Below, in pieces: positions 61,269 to 64,000 of a stretch of 64,000 bases of DNA; the stretch's first letter is position 1; each line of letters starts with the position of its first letter. Source of the DNA: Alphaproteobacteria bacterium (GTDB lineage Bacteria; Pseudomonadota; Alphaproteobacteria; UBA828); contig CAXXVO010000008.1 of NCBI GenBank assembly GCA_963422645.2, forward strand, positions 32,001-96,000. The letters run 5' to 3'. The notes under the pieces are model-generated. The model saw only the letters and a list, made by a program, of their open reading frames with translations. It had not been told where the DNA came from and did not search any database. The position numbers and the translations under genes were made by a program.

Positions 61269-62309
61269 TTAGCGGCCCTGCAGCGTCAGGCCAGAGAGGT
61301 CGATGTCCGGATCACGGCCGCAGATGAGGTCCGCCACGATGCGGGCCGATCCGCAGGCCATCGTCCACCCGAGATGACCGTGACCGGTATTGAGGTGCAG
61401 GCCTTCGATGGGCGTCGGGCCCAGATAGGGGCAGCCGTCCGGCGTCACTGGCCGGAGGCCGGTCCAGCCCTCGCCAGCCGCCCGGTCCGGATAGTCGGGA
61501 AAGAGAGAGAAAAAGAAGTCCTGAAGATGGCGGATACGATTCGGATTGAGCGTCGTATCGTAGCCCGCGAACTCCGCAGTGCCGGCGACGCGAATACGAT
61601 CGCCGATGCGGACGACCCCCACTTTATATCCCTCATCGGAAAAGGGAATGAGGGGCGCTGCGTTCCAGTCGCCCACGGGGAACGTGACCGAGTAACCCTT
61701 GACCGGATAAATCGGAAGCCTGATGCCCAGCCCACGCAGTTGGGCGGCGCTGCCAGTGCCCAGGGCCACGACGCAGGCATCCGCGTCCAATCGCCCGGCG
61801 TCGGTCCGTACTCCCGAGACTTTGCCCCCAGCCAGATCGATCGCTTCCACCGTCTCGCCGTAGCGAAACGCCACCCCGTTTGACGCGCATTCCTGTGCCA
61901 GCCCTTGGGTAAAGACGTGTGCGTCTCCGGCTTCGTCGTCGGGGTAGTGAATGCCACCGGCGATCCGGTCCGCCTGATCCCTCAGCGCAGGTTCCAGCGC
62001 GACACATTCCTCGGGATCGAGCGCATGCAGTCGCACCCCAAGTTCCTGCAGCATGTCGGCTGCCATGCGGGTCTTCTGCACGGACAGCCGGTCGCGAAGC
62101 AGCCGCAGCGTTCCGCGGGCATTGGCGTCATAGTCGATGCCGGTCTCCTGGACGAGCCGGTGCAGACATTCACGACTGAAGCTGCTCAATCGAAGAGTGT
62201 TACGGGTGTTTCTGCGCCAATGGCCGTCCTGGCACTGGCGAACGAACTTGATCCCCCAGGAGAGGAGGCCCGGCACCGCACCCAATCGGACCAGCATGGG
62301 TGAGTTTTC
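61269..62309 (-). pseudogene. dadA: D-amino acid dehydrogenase (DadA-like), 5'-truncated by IS66
   Basis: IYPVKGYS, RVAGTAE, WTGLRP and NTGHGHLGWT are present. The N-terminal GxGxxG FAD motif is missing because the frame runs into the IS66 end at 62310. Confidence 0.85.
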
Positions 62310-63940
62310 GTAACTGCCCAGGTCGTCTGATTTGTCATTTTGGGCCAGTGGATTGAGGCGTTTCTCGTTCGGAGTTGGTGGAAAGGGCTTGACGGGAATT
62401 TCGGGAAATGACTCAACAACGACATGAGCAATCCCGAGTCGCCGCGCGGCCCTTCGACGGGAGCAGCGCCCGAAACGCCCGCGCAGAAGATCGCCCGCCT
62501 GGAGGAGGAGAACGCCCGGCTTCGGGAGGAAAATGCCTGGCTTCGGCAGCAGAACGCGCGGCTGGAAGAGCAAGTCGCGCGTCTCGTCGAGCGCATCGAG
62601 GAGTTGGAGCGCCGTCTCGGCCTCAACAGCGGCAACAGCGTCAAGCCGCCTTCGAGCGATGGGCTGAGGAAGCCGAATTCGAAGCGGCGAACCCGAAGCC
62701 TGCGCGGCAAATCGGGCCGCAAGCCCGGTGGCCAGCCCGGCCACAAGGGCAAGACGCTGCGCCGCGCCGATCACCCGGATCGGGTGAAGGATCACGTCCC
62801 GGCTTCCTGCAAGGGATGCGGTTCGCCGCTTTCGGACGCGGCCAGGGCGGGAACGCCCGTCGCCCGCCAGGTGTTCGATCTGCCCGAGCCGAGCCCCCTG
62901 GAGGTGACCGAGCACCGGGCGCATGCCAAGTGCTGCGGGCATTGCGGGACGGTGACCCGGGCGGCGTTCCCCGACGGGGTGTCGGCGCCGGTGCAGTACG
63001 GCCCGCGCATTGCCGGGGTGGCGGTCTACCTTCAGCACGCTCACTTCCTGCCGGAGGATCGGCTGTCGCAGGTGATGGCCGAGCTCTTCGGCGCGCCGGT
63101 GACGGCTGCGACGTTGGCGACGATGAGCGAGAGGGCGGCCGAGCGGCTTGCGGGACGCGGCCTTGCACATACAGGACCTGGCGGCGGGCACGGCGCGGGT
63201 GAAACACATGGACGAGACCGGCTTGCGGATCGGCGGTCAGACGCAGTGGCTTCATGTGATCTGCACGCCGCTGCTGGCGGCGTACCGGGTCAGCGGCAAG
63301 CGCGGCGCCCTGCTCTCGGGTGTCTCCGGCATCGTCGTGCACGATCACTGGAAGCCGTACTTCGCGATGGAAGGGGTGGAGCACGGCCTGTGCAACGCCC
63401 ATCACCTGCGGGAGTTGCAGGCGCTGGTGGACATCGAAGGGGAGGCTTGGGCCCGGCGGATGCAGCAGCTCCTGCGCCGAGCCAATCGCGCCGCCCGCAT
63501 CGCGCTGGACAAGGATATCGCCGTTCCGGCGAGGCTTGTGGCGCTGATCGAGCGCCGATACGACGAGGTCATCGCCGATGCGCTGGCCTTTCACGAGAGC
63601 CAACCACCGTTCTCGCCTGGCAAGAGGAAGAAGCGCCGGAAGCGAAGGATCGGTCACAATCTGGCCTTGAGGCTGCGCGACCACAAATGCGCGGTGCTCC
63701 GGTTCCTGATCGACCTCGAGGTCGGGTTCACGAACAACGAGGCCGAGCGCGACCTTCGGATGATGAAGCTGCGCCAGAAGATCTCCGGGGGCTTCCGGTC
63801 CGCGCAGGGGGCCGAGAACTTCGCCATCCTGCGCAGCGTCATCACCACCGCCAGAAAGCAGGGCTGGAATATCATCGAAGCCCTGACCAGCCCATCGGAT
63901 CGGCTCATCGCCACCGTCAAGTGCGCGTAAGCTCACCTGG
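62310..63940 (+). mobile_element. IS66-family element (single-ORF type), right inverted repeat incomplete
   Basis: Left end GTAACTGCCCAGGT; only ACCTGG of the expected ACCTGGGCAGTTAC follows the transposase. Confidence 0.8.
62424..63930 (+). pseudogene. IS66 transposase with a +1 frameshift near 63147
   Basis: Coiled coil, NSGNSVKPPSSD, GGQPGHKG and zinc ribbon, then HMDETG, VHDHW, CNAHHLREL and TNNEAERDLR in the next frame. Confidence 0.88.
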
Positions 63941-64000
63941 CACGGGTTCTCCAACAGCGGAGCCATTCTCATAAACGATCATGGTCGACGCCGTGCTGGA

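Noticed and set aside
63130-63160. Programmed frameshift in the IS66 transposase (also considered for the shift near 31920)
   Set aside because: Neither site has a slippery A-rich heptamer, and the IS66 shift is +1; simple indels are more likely.
61269-63209. 646-aa DadA fusion protein
   Set aside because: The N-terminal part is simply the antisense strand of IS66 read in frame.

Overview
High-GC alphaproteobacterial chromosome segment (Rhodospirillales-like, inferred from gene order and protein sequences). The core comprises the str/S10/spc ribosomal superoperon (rpsL to adk), purD, bpt/ate, a TRAP transporter, bioAB, irr-rubrerythrin, two molybdoenzyme subunits, an amidase, rpoD-dnaG-yqeY and carAB-greA. 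Five mobile elements are visible. (1) At the left edge, a DDE-transposase + ExeA/TnsC-like ATPase element also carries a RecA-family (AAA_25-like) helicase and a Toprim primase-like gene, separated by an origin-like inverted repeat. (2) That element appears to be inserted into the second gene of a tandem tyrosine-integrase element. (3) An IS with perfect 17-bp inverted repeats cuts the C-terminus off the TRAP binding protein. (4) An IS1634 sits at a CTAG in the putative amidase promoter. (5) A frameshifted IS66 truncates dadA at the right edge. The most notable biology is the transposon with its own putative primase-helicase module, and a cobalt-type nitrile hydratase whose beta subunit is split into two translationally coupled genes, located where rpsM-rpsK-rpoA-rplQ usually follow adk. 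No tRNA, rRNA or CRISPR array was recognised. All family assignments come from motif recognition by eye; no database searches were run.
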